DNA of 64,000 nucleotides from Alphaproteobacteria bacterium (GTDB lineage: Bacteria; Pseudomonadota; Alphaproteobacteria; UBA9219): contig JARLJD010000138.1 in the NCBI GenBank assembly GCA_031291395.1, forward strand, positions 3,860-67,859. The letters are read 5' to 3'. Both the position numbers and the translations under genes were made by a program. How positions within the stretch are numbered: the first letter of the stretch is position 1; each line of letters opens with the position of its first letter. Positions 9,261 to 17,536 of the stretch are shown piece by piece. The notes below the pieces were generated by a model. That model did not search any database and was not told the DNA's origin. It saw nothing but the letters and a program-made list of their open reading frames with translations.

Positions 9261-10235
9261 TTATGATGCTGCCCGTATCTCGTTCATCGCATTGATAAAC
9301 GCGAGTTTGCGGTCGAGGTTGGAGGCATCCGCGGCGGTGAAGGTTGCGCGAGTCTGGTCCCAGATTTGCAGGGCGAGAGTTCCGCCATACGACTGGCGCA
9401 GCGCCTCGTCATGCACGGCGCAGCGAAGACGCTCGACAAGAAGCGTCGCGAGAACGTCGAAGCTTTCGGCGTCGGCTTTGCGCGCGATTTGATCGGCCAG
9501 TTTGTGCAAACGCGCGACGTCCCATTGCGGCATCGCATCCAGCAGAGCCAGCATCTCGCGATAAAGCGGCAGCGTCGCGGTGCGCAGGATTTTAAGCGCG
9601 AAACCGGCGCTTCCGCCCGACAGGTCGACCGCAGCGTCGATGTCTTCCGGCGTCGCGGGCGTTTCTTCGCGGCGTATGATCTCGCGCATGTCTTTGGCGT
9701 TCACGGGCGAGAGTTGCAGCGCGCGCGAACGCGAACGGATCGTCGGCAGCAAGACGCCGGGCGTCGTCACGGTGATCAGGATCAACGTGCGCGGCGGCGG
9801 CTCCTCGACGATTTTCAAAATCGCGTTCTGGCCGTTACGGTTCAGCCTGTGCGCATCTTCGAGTATCACCACGCGCCAACCGCCGTGCGTTGCGGTTCTG
9901 TGCAGGAAGGCCGCGACTTTTAAAACTTCTTCGACGGGGATGACGGAACGCAGTTCGCCGGTTTTCTCGTCCAAAGGGCGGCGGATGACAAGCAGATCGG
10001 GGTGCGTTTCTGCTTCGACCAGCTTTGCCGTGCGGGTTTCGGGATCGCCCGCGCCAAGCTCGCCTTGCCCGCCGCCCAAAACGAATTGTGCGATATGCTT
10101 GGCAAGGGGAGCCTTGCCTACGCCCGCGATCCCCGCGATCAACCACGCATGCGGCATGCGGCTCGAAGCATAAGCCAACTGAACCTCGCGGCAAGCGGCA
10201 GTGTGGCCGATGAAGTGGGGAGGGAACTCGATCAT
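9261..10235 (-). CDS. holB: DNA polymerase III subunit delta-prime HolB
   Basis: 324 aa; AAA+ clamp-loader N-terminus HAWLIAGIAGVGKAPLAKHIAQ, Walker B VVILEDAHRLN. Confidence 0.85.
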   Translation of the reverse strand: MIEFPPHFIGHTAACREVQLAYASSRMPHAWLIAGIAGVGKAPLAKHIAQFVLGGGQGELGAGDPETRTAKLVEAETHPDLLVIRRPLDEKTGELRSVIPVEEVLKVAAFLHRTATHGGWRVVILEDAHRLNRNGQNAILKIVEEPPPRTLILITVTTPGVLLPTIRSRSRALQLSPVNAKDMREIIRREETPATPEDIDAAVDLSGGSAGFALKILRTATLPLYREMLALLDAMPQWDVARLHKLADQIARKADAESFDVLATLLVERLRCAVHDEALRQSYGGTLALQIWDQTRATFTAADASNLDRKLAFINAMNEIRAAS

Positions 10236-10388
10236 AAAGCCTCTTAGTACACTCGCATGAATAAGTAAATCAAACGGCGCGGCAACGGCTACAGATCCCG
10301 TTTCCCTGATTGAACGACGAAAAGATTGACACAGAAATTTATTTATGTGTAGTCTGTCTCAGCATACACAACCGAACGTAGGAACACA

Positions 10389-10439
10389 TGCGTCAAAATA
10401 TGCTTATCGTAAGAGGTGCGCTGAACGGGCGATCATAGG
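10389..10439 (+). CDS. candidate ilv leader peptide MRQNMLIVRGALNGRS (Leu-Ile-Val run)
   Basis: AGGA Shine-Dalgarno 5 nt upstream; 16 codons including consecutive Leu-Ile-Val; followed by two alternative hairpins and an intrinsic terminator just before ilvB. Confidence 0.45.
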
Positions 10440-10465
10440 ATCGCACGACGGTTCAGCGCATGCCA

Positions 10466-10492
10466 AAGGCTCCCTTAAGGGGGCCTTTTTTA
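10466..10492 (+). terminator. intrinsic terminator (aaggctccc-ttaa-gggggcctt + T6) between the leader peptide and ilvB; putative attenuator
   Basis: 9-bp stem with one mismatch, T6 tract; preceded by the gcgctgaacgg...ccgttcagcgc alternative hairpin that overlaps the leader stop. Confidence 0.5.
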
Positions 10493-10526
10493 TTGCCTGA
10501 ATTCAACCAAGCAAGGGGAGGGGACA

Positions 10527-12323
10527 ATGGGACATATGAGCGAGGCGACGGGACAGGAAGATCAAATCCTGAAGGCCGACAATCTGTTTATAAGCGGCGC
10601 GGAAATGGCGATGAAGGCGCTGGCGGAGCATAAAGTCCAACATGTTTTCGGCTACCCGGGCGGCGCGGCGCTTCCTTTGTATGACGCCTTGTTTCAGCAA
10701 ACTGCCGTTTATCATACGCTGGTCTCGCATGAGCAAGGCGCCGTTCATGCCGCCGAAGGTTATGCGCGCTCAACCGGCGAAGTCGGCTGCGTGCTGGTGA
10801 CGTCGGGGCCTGGGGCGACCAATACCGTGACCGGATTGATGGACGCTTATGCGGATTCCGTTCCGCTGGTGGTGATTTCGGGACAGGTGGTCTCGACGCT
10901 GATCGGCACAGACGCGTTTCAGGAATGCGACGTTGTTGGGATCACGCGGCCTTGCACCAAGCGCAATTATCTCGCGACCGACATCGCCGATTTGCCGCGC
11001 ATTTTGCACGAGGCGTTTTTCATCGCCAAGAACGGAAGACCCGGCCCCGTGCTGATTGACATCCCCAAAGACGTTCAGAATGCCAAAGGCATCTATCGCG
11101 CGGCGCATGAATTTGCGTTCACTGACGCGCGAAGCCGTGCCAAACCGCGCGACAGAACGGGAGATTTCAAATTCACCGACGCGGCGATCGAGCAAGCGGA
11201 ATCGATGATGCGCGAAGCCAAACGCCCCGTGTTTTACATCGGCGGCGGCGTGATCAATTCCGGCATCGAGGCGTGCGAGGCCTTGCGCGAATTGGCGCGG
11301 GCGACGGGGTTTCCTGTCACCTCGACGTTGATGGGATTGGGGGCATATCCGGCGTCGGATGCGCAGTGGCTGGGGATGCTGGGCATGCACGGAACCTATG
11401 AGGCCAACAAGGCGATGCACGAAGCCGATCTTATCCTTGCGATCGGCGCGCGCTTTGACGATCGCGTGACGGGGCGCGTCGATAAATTCGCGCCGCAGGC
11501 GCGGAAAATTCACGTCGATATCGATCCATCCTCGATCAATAAAATCGTGCAGGTCGATGTGGGCATTGCGGCCGATTGCCGCAAGGCTTTGGCGGCGATG
11601 CTGTGCGCGTGGCGGCGGCAGAGCGAAAGCGGGAAGGCCGAAGATCTCTCGGTGTGGTGGCAGATCATCGATTTGTGGCGGCGCGAGGACAGTTTGGCGT
11701 TCGAAGAGTCCGACAGCGTCATCAAGCCGCAACAAGCGCTTCAAAAACTGGCGCGGTTGATCAAAGGCAAAGACGCCCGCATCGTCACCGATGTCGGGCA
11801 GCATCAAATGTGGGCGGCCCAGCATTTACGGATCGAAAAGCCGCATCGCTGGATGACGTCAGGCGGGTTGGGAACGATGGGATACGGCTTGCCCGCATCG
11901 ATCGGCGTGCAGACCGCGCATCCGGATGCTTTGGTTGTTTGCATTTCCGGCGACGGCTCGCTGCAGATGAACAGTCAGGAAATGGCGACGGCGGTTCAGG
12001 AAAATCTGCCGATCAAGATTCTGCTTCTTAACAACGCCGCGCTGGGAATGGTGCGACAGTGGCAGGAATTGTGCCACGGCAAGCGTTACGCCGCGAGCAA
12101 AGGCAAAGCGCAGCCTGATTTCGTCAAACTGGCCGAGGCTTACGGCTGGCGCGGCTCGCGCTGCGTCGCGCCGCAGCTGCTGGATAAGGCGTTGCGGGAA
12201 TTGATCAAAACCGTAGGCCCGTGTTTGCTGGATTGCCGCGTCGACGCAAACGAGAATTGCTATCCGATGATCCCTGCGGGGAACGGGCATGATGAGATGA
12301 TTTGGGGTTCGGCATCTGTGTAA
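10527..12323 (+). CDS. ilvB: acetolactate synthase (AHAS) large catalytic subunit, ThDP-dependent
   Basis: 598 aa; HVFGYPGGAALPLYDAL, HEQGAVHAAEGYARSTGEVGCVLVTSGPGATN, C-terminal GDGSLQMNSQE ThDP motif; no ilvN small-subunit gene downstream. Confidence 0.8.
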   Translation: MGHMSEATGQEDQILKADNLFISGAEMAMKALAEHKVQHVFGYPGGAALPLYDALFQQTAVYHTLVSHEQGAVHAAEGYARSTGEVGCVLVTSGPGATNTVTGLMDAYADSVPLVVISGQVVSTLIGTDAFQECDVVGITRPCTKRNYLATDIADLPRILHEAFFIAKNGRPGPVLIDIPKDVQNAKGIYRAAHEFAFTDARSRAKPRDRTGDFKFTDAAIEQAESMMREAKRPVFYIGGGVINSGIEACEALRELARATGFPVTSTLMGLGAYPASDAQWLGMLGMHGTYEANKAMHEADLILAIGARFDDRVTGRVDKFAPQARKIHVDIDPSSINKIVQVDVGIAADCRKALAAMLCAWRRQSESGKAEDLSVWWQIIDLWRREDSLAFEESDSVIKPQQALQKLARLIKGKDARIVTDVGQHQMWAAQHLRIEKPHRWMTSGGLGTMGYGLPASIGVQTAHPDALVVCISGDGSLQMNSQEMATAVQENLPIKILLLNNAALGMVRQWQELCHGKRYAASKGKAQPDFVKLAEAYGWRGSRCVAPQLLDKALRELIKTVGPCLLDCRVDANENCYPMIPAGNGHDEMIWGSASV

Positions 12324-12345
12324 TGAACAATTCGGCAGTTTTTTG

Positions 12346-13326
12346 CTAAAACTCTTTGGCAAAAAAATCCGTCGCCGCGATTGTCGCATCCAACGTGCCT
12401 TGTTCGGAATAGGCGTGTCCAGCATCCGGAATCATGACCAGACACGAAGTCGGCCACTTTTGGTGCAATTCCCAAGCCGTCGTTGGCGGACAAATAACGT
12501 CATAGCGTCCATTGATGATAATGCCGGGAATATTCTTTAATCTCTTCGCGTTTTGCAGAAGCTGGCCTTCTTCCAGAAAAGCCTTGTTGATGAAATAATG
12601 ATGTTCGATTAGGGCAATCGCCAGAGCGAAAGCGTCATCGGCTTTGCTGCGTTTCTTTATTTTTTTGGACAAAAGACTTAACGTTTCCCTTTCCCAATTC
12701 GCCCAAGCGCGAACGGCTTCCATTTTCTTTTTGAGATTCTTTGAAGCAAAACGCCGCGTATAGGATTGCACAATATTTTTGCGCTCTGCCACGGACAGAA
12801 TGCTGACAAAACGGCTCCACGCTTCGGGAAATATGAGCGACGCGCCTTCCTGATAAAACCACGCCAGCTCTTTTTCACGCGCGGTGAAAACGCCGCGCAG
12901 GATAAGGCCTCGAACGCGCTTCGGAAACGCCTCGGCATAGGCCAGCGCCAATGTGCTGCCCCACGAGCCGCCCAAAACGAGCCAGCGGTCGACGCCTAAC
13001 AGCGCGCGCAGTTTTTCAATATCGGCGATCAGATGCGCTGTCGTATTGGCTTCAAGACGGGCATGCGGCGTTGAGCGTCCGCAGCCGCGTTGGTCGAAAA
13101 GGATAATGCGATAACGTTTGGGATCGAACAACCGCCGGTGATCTTTGGAGCAGCCTGCGCCGGGGCCTCCGTGCAGGAAAAGCGCGGGTTTGCCTTTGGG
13201 ATTGCCGCAGGTTTCCCAATAAATCCGATGTCCGTCTCCGACATCCAGCATGCCGTGTTCGTAAGGCTTTATCTCCGGATAGAACGAGCGAGGGGTCAAG
13301 ATTTTCTTTGCGGCGGGCATAGGCAT
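12346..13326 (-). CDS. pip: proline iminopeptidase (prolyl aminopeptidase, alpha/beta hydrolase)
   Basis: 326 aa; YEHGMLDVGDGHRIYWETCGNPKGKPALFLHGGPGAG, GGSWGSTLALAYA nucleophile elbow. Confidence 0.85.
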   Translation of the reverse strand: MPMPAAKKILTPRSFYPEIKPYEHGMLDVGDGHRIYWETCGNPKGKPALFLHGGPGAGCSKDHRRLFDPKRYRIILFDQRGCGRSTPHARLEANTTAHLIADIEKLRALLGVDRWLVLGGSWGSTLALAYAEAFPKRVRGLILRGVFTAREKELAWFYQEGASLIFPEAWSRFVSILSVAERKNIVQSYTRRFASKNLKKKMEAVRAWANWERETLSLLSKKIKKRSKADDAFALAIALIEHHYFINKAFLEEGQLLQNAKRLKNIPGIIINGRYDVICPPTTAWELHQKWPTSCLVMIPDAGHAYSEQGTLDATIAATDFFAKEF

Positions 13327-13429
13327 GATCCTGTGGTTTAACGCGCGATGATCGCAAGGGTTTTTTGCATTATACGAAAGCGAAAGTAAAATAACAGGCG
13401 GTTGTTAATTTTGAACAAACAACCAAGCT

Positions 13430-14275
13430 TTATTTGATAACAATGCTGTGCCGCGCCAGAGATTGTTCAATGCCTTTTGCGACCAGTTTTTCGGAGGTAG
13501 CGGCAAGAATTTTACGGTTGGGGCAATCGGCGGTCGTCAGCGGGGGGTGGAAAATGATGTCTAGGGTGAAGTGGCCGCGCTGGAAAACATTCCACAAATG
13601 CGGCACCAGAGTCATATCGCCGAACCATGCGTATTGCGCGCGCTCCTCGTGCAACAGGGGAAAGCCGTCGAGTCCTGTGCAGGTCAGGGAAATTGGTTGC
13701 ACTGTAATCGGCGCGTTGAGGGCGGAGTTTTCGACGATGCTGAACAGGCTGCTTTTAAAAGGAAGCGTCGTTATCCCCTCCGACGATGTGCCTTCGGGAA
13801 ACAGGATCAGGTTTTGCCGTTTGGCGAGGATATCTTGCAAATAGGTGCTTTGGTCGGCCGCGCGGATGCTTCGCCGTTCGATGAAAACGGTGTTTTGCAC
13901 GCGCGCCAGAAAGCCGAATAAGGGCCATCCTGCGACTTCGGATTTAGCGACAAAACTTGCAGGCAAGAGGGATCCCAGCGCGATAACGTCGAGATAAGAG
14001 ACGTGATTGGATACAAATAAAACCGGCGCTGTGGTCGAAGGTGTGCCGCAGACGCGCAAGCGGATGCCCAGAAGCCGAAGCAGTAGCCGATGGAAAAGAA
14101 TGGGAATCCGGAACGGTTGTCGCGGGTCGATGCGTTTATAAATAAGTGCGACGGGAACGAGAAGGGCGATCAACGCAAAGAAGGCTGCAACTTTCAGGCA
14201 GCCCTTGATAACAGCTATAATGTCGTCGATCTTTTCCATGCGCGGTTTGTGGCACAAGTTACGCGATAAATCCAC
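13430..14275 (-). CDS. lysophospholipid/PlsC-family acyltransferase (candidate OlsA-type O-acyltransferase)
   Basis: 281 aa; N-terminal TM helix; HX4D motif FVSNHVSYLDVIAL; FPEGTSS motif; sits near an olsB-like gene. Confidence 0.7.
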   Translation of the reverse strand: MDLSRNLCHKPRMEKIDDIIAVIKGCLKVAAFFALIALLVPVALIYKRIDPRQPFRIPILFHRLLLRLLGIRLRVCGTPSTTAPVLFVSNHVSYLDVIALGSLLPASFVAKSEVAGWPLFGFLARVQNTVFIERRSIRAADQSTYLQDILAKRQNLILFPEGTSSEGITTLPFKSSLFSIVENSALNAPITVQPISLTCTGLDGFPLLHEERAQYAWFGDMTLVPHLWNVFQRGHFTLDIIFHPPLTTADCPNRKILAATSEKLVAKGIEQSLARHSIVIK

Positions 14276-14316
14276 AGTCGTGAAAATCGATTTTTGATCG
14301 ACAGGAACTTATCTTA

Positions 14317-14988
14317 TTACGGATGGGGGGCGAGGGTATTGCCAAATTCCCCCATCGTCAGCACGGTTCTGGAAACAATTTTCCCGCCCGCCTTTTTAAG
14401 CTGGTTTTCATACCATTCTCGGTCGCTTTCAACCAACTGACGCGCCGCTGTTATCTTGACAACCGTTGGCATCATGAACGTATGGTTGGGGATTCCCAAA
14501 TTCACATATCGACCCCGTGCGTTCATGCTGATAAGATAGGTTGGGTAGAGAAGTTGGATTGGTACTCCGCTGTTATTGCCGATTTTTTCCAGCTTTATGC
14601 CTGTTGCGGCCAATTCAATACTCGCAATTGAAAATTGTCGACAGAAAACGACGGGTTTTTTATTTGCGCGGGGAACTAAAATAACGCCACTTACGACAAT
14701 TCGTGACGTATCACGCGGATCTCGTTTTGCGCTTGTGACAAAAACATTGTTGTAGGGATCGTCAAAATTCTCGACGACGGGTTTGGATAAACACTTGTAT
14801 GCAACACCGAACGCGAACGCTCCGCCGCCCAGTCCCCAAGCGGGGTTAATTCCAGCGAATTTCAGCGCGAAGGAAGTCACGATGGAAGTAACGGCAAAAA
14901 TCGGAACACCCAGCCTTACTATCGCTTTTCCTGAATTATTTGCCATCCATGTTACAAACTTCCCCTGATCTTTTTCTGTTTCGGACAT
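14317..14988 (-). CDS. hypothetical membrane-anchored protein (no recognised domain) in a lower-GC islet
   Basis: 223 aa, one N-terminal TM helix (IVRLGVPIFAVTSIVTSFALKFAGI); region visibly AT-richer than its flanks. Confidence 0.5.
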   Translation of the reverse strand: MSETEKDQGKFVTWMANNSGKAIVRLGVPIFAVTSIVTSFALKFAGINPAWGLGGGAFAFGVAYKCLSKPVVENFDDPYNNVFVTSAKRDPRDTSRIVVSGVILVPRANKKPVVFCRQFSIASIELAATGIKLEKIGNNSGVPIQLLYPTYLISMNARGRYVNLGIPNHTFMMPTVVKITAARQLVESDREWYENQLKKAGGKIVSRTVLTMGEFGNTLAPHP

Positions 14989-15102
14989 AATGCATCCTTT
15001 CTTGCCAATGCGATTTAAGCGTTAATTTAGGACGCCAAGAGATCTGCGTCAAACAAAGCTTATAGTTAATAGGGTTTGTGCCGCCTTGATGAGGCGTGCA
15101 TT

Positions 15103-15969
15103 TTAATCCACCGGCAACGTAATCCCTGAATCCCCGTCCAATTTATAATGCCTTTGATACCGCCGCGTCATCAAATCGGTTTTGACGATGATGCAGACAT
15201 CGGTCGTGTTGAACTGGTGATCGACAAACGCGCCGTCGCCGACGAAGCCGCCCACGCGGATATAGCCTTTGATGAGCGGGGGCAGACTGTTGCTTCCGCT
15301 GCGCGGGTCGAGCTTCAGTTCCTCGAACGCGGTGTTGGGGTCGAAGGCTTCACGCGGCAGCAATTTCATATCGACGTAATATTCCGGCAAAGTTCGGGCG
15401 CGTAGCGCGGGCGGCGCAAGGTGATGATGATAAAGATAGGAAAGCGGGATTTTCAGCGCCAGAGGATCGGTGCCGGGCAGGCTGGCGCAGCCGAACATCA
15501 GCGCGACATTATGGCGCGCGATGTAATGGCCAAGCCCGCGCCACAGCAATTGCATGACGGGGCCGGTGCGGTATTCGGAATCGATGCAAGAGCGACCCAG
15601 TTCAAGAATTTCCCCGGGATAAGCGATCAGGCGCGAAATATCATATTCCGAACTTGAATAAAAACCGCCGCATTTGTCGGCGGCGGTTCTGCGGATCAGG
15701 CGATAGGTGCCGATGACAGGATTCCTGTTTCGTCGCGCGTGATCGATAAGCAAAAGATGGTCGCAAAATTCGTCATGCCTGTCGAAATCGCGACCAAGCT
15801 CCGCCATTTCTGGTGTCGGCTTCGCGCCCATTTCGTTGTAGAAGGTTTTGTAACGCAGCGCCTGCGCGCAATCGATATCTTTCGCGCTTCTGGCCAGACG
15901 GACTTCCAGACTGCCCAAACGCGTGTTTTTATCAGCGTTCTCCCTGATCGTGTGCAAAGCCGCGGTCAT
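15103..15969 (-). CDS. olsB: ornithine-lipid N-acyltransferase OlsB-like (COG3176 hemolysin-like GNAT)
   Basis: 288 aa; LEVRLARSAKDIDCAQALRYKTFYNEMGA N-terminal motif characteristic of the OlsB/COG3176 family. Confidence 0.65.
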   Translation of the reverse strand: MTAALHTIRENADKNTRLGSLEVRLARSAKDIDCAQALRYKTFYNEMGAKPTPEMAELGRDFDRHDEFCDHLLLIDHARRNRNPVIGTYRLIRRTAADKCGGFYSSSEYDISRLIAYPGEILELGRSCIDSEYRTGPVMQLLWRGLGHYIARHNVALMFGCASLPGTDPLALKIPLSYLYHHHLAPPALRARTLPEYYVDMKLLPREAFDPNTAFEELKLDPRSGSNSLPPLIKGYIRVGGFVGDGAFVDHQFNTTDVCIIVKTDLMTRRYQRHYKLDGDSGITLPVD

Positions 15970-16175
15970 GGACTCTCCCGTTTAAAAGGGCTGGAAGCGC
16001 AAGCGTTTCCCCCCACCCCATCGAATCTTCACGGAAAGGACATATAGCACGAATGAAAGGCTGTCTCTATAAAAACGCAAGCGCGGATGGGATCGTTAAA
16101 AAGGCAATAATAGGCGCAACCTTCTGGGCGCACAACCGCAACACCGGTGTTGCCTTTTTTCAACGACTCACGCTC

Positions 16176-16634
16176 TTACCCCTGCGGCGTGGCGTCAACC
16201 CAGCCTTTGTCGGTCTGCTGCCAGTAAGACAGGTCATGCCCGTCTTTTTTGTTCGCCGCCCAGCGCTGTCGCGCAGCCGTTAACGCTTGTTCGTCGGTGC
16301 CGTCGAAAATGTCGCACACGCGGACGTAATCGCTCAGACGGGAACTGGATGCGCCGTCGGTCAGGAAAAGGATTTTGGCGTCGTTGGGACGTTCGTCCTC
16401 CGCCGTCAACCAGATCGGCTGCAATCCGGCGTTGCCGTCTTTGGCGTTGCCGTGCGGCAAAAAACGGTTGGGGTTATAGGTCCACAACATCTGCGTCAAA
16501 GCCTCGGCGCGTTCCGCCGAACCCGTCATCACCACAGCCCGCATCCCGCGCTCCAGCGTTTTTTCCAGCAATTCCGGCAGGACTTGCTCCAGCGTTTTGC
16601 GCGTGAGGTGGTAGAAGCGGATTTCGGTCATCAA
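16176..16634 (-). CDS. holC: DNA polymerase III subunit chi HolC
   Basis: 152 aa; MTEIRFYHLTR...RAVV..GSAERAEALTQMLWTYNPNRFLPHG chi-subunit-like; downstream of pepA as in many proteobacteria. Confidence 0.85.
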   Translation of the reverse strand: MMTEIRFYHLTRKTLEQVLPELLEKTLERGMRAVVMTGSAERAEALTQMLWTYNPNRFLPHGNAKDGNAGLQPIWLTAEDERPNDAKILFLTDGASSSRLSDYVRVCDIFDGTDEQALTAARQRWAANKKDGHDLSYWQQTDKGWVDATPQG

Positions 16635-17516
16635 TCAACGCGCCTGATACGGTTTGGCAACACGGTAGAAGCTGCCGGGATATTTTTCATATTTGCGGAT
16701 AATTTGCTCCATCTCGCCGTTGTTGATCATATCCTGAAAAATCCTGTCGAAGGTGTTTTTCAGTTTTTGTTCGCCCTTGGGCGCCAGAAACACATCGGGA
16801 TAAATCCTGATGGGGTTTTCGGCGGCGATGTTTTTCAAAACGCTGGGGTTTTTTTCATTAAACGCCATTCCCTGAGAGTTCTCGACAAACGTCACATCCG
16901 CTTTTCCGTTCACAACATTCATTAGGTTAAACGTGTAATCGGTTATCTGGGGCAGACTAATGACCTTGGCTTTGGGAAAATCAACAGCAGCGATGCGCCC
17001 CGGTATCATGCCGTCGATGCTTGCGATTGTAACGTTCGGATCGTTAATGCGATCAATATGGCCTGTAAAACGATCATCGTTCGCGCGCACCCAAACGCCG
17101 ATGCCAGAGTAGAATAACGGCCCGATGCTTTCGGTTTGCAGCCATTCCTCAGGCGTATTATTCCATGATGCAGCGCATATCATGTCGGCATGATTATATT
17201 GCAGCGCGGTTAAATAATCGCCCCAATTAACTTCTGTCGCCCACTCAACTTTTATCCCGATCTTCGCTGCAGCTTTTTCAATAGCATCGTACAAAATTCC
17301 CGACATCGCTCCGGTATTCGGATCTTTTATTATTGTCGGAGGAAAGACCACATAGCCGCAACGCAAGGTTTTTGTCCGCACCACGCGGTCATAAACGGGT
17401 TGTTGAGACGAGATGGTCGCGTCTTGGCGGCGGCTGTTTGGAGACACGCGAACGGCACCCAACGCAACGATTGCAGCGACGGCGATCACAGACAAAAATT
17501 GAAACGGTTTATTCAT
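16635..17516 (-). CDS. periplasmic solute-binding protein, family 3 (amino-acid ABC transporter type)
   Basis: 293 aa with signal peptide; PBPb-like LRCGYVVFPP..., GDYLTALQYNHADMICAA; no cognate permease or ATPase adjacent. Confidence 0.7.
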   Translation of the reverse strand: MNKPFQFLSVIAVAAIVALGAVRVSPNSRRQDATISSQQPVYDRVVRTKTLRCGYVVFPPTIIKDPNTGAMSGILYDAIEKAAAKIGIKVEWATEVNWGDYLTALQYNHADMICAASWNNTPEEWLQTESIGPLFYSGIGVWVRANDDRFTGHIDRINDPNVTIASIDGMIPGRIAAVDFPKAKVISLPQITDYTFNLMNVVNGKADVTFVENSQGMAFNEKNPSVLKNIAAENPIRIYPDVFLAPKGEQKLKNTFDRIFQDMINNGEMEQIIRKYEKYPGSFYRVAKPYQAR

Positions 17517-17536
17517 AACGTTCCTCGGGGGTTTTG

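Noticed and set aside
10770-11825. 351-aa minus-strand ORF inside ilvB
   Set aside because: Antisense shadow ORF of a high-GC gene. The product is Arg/Pro-rich low-complexity.
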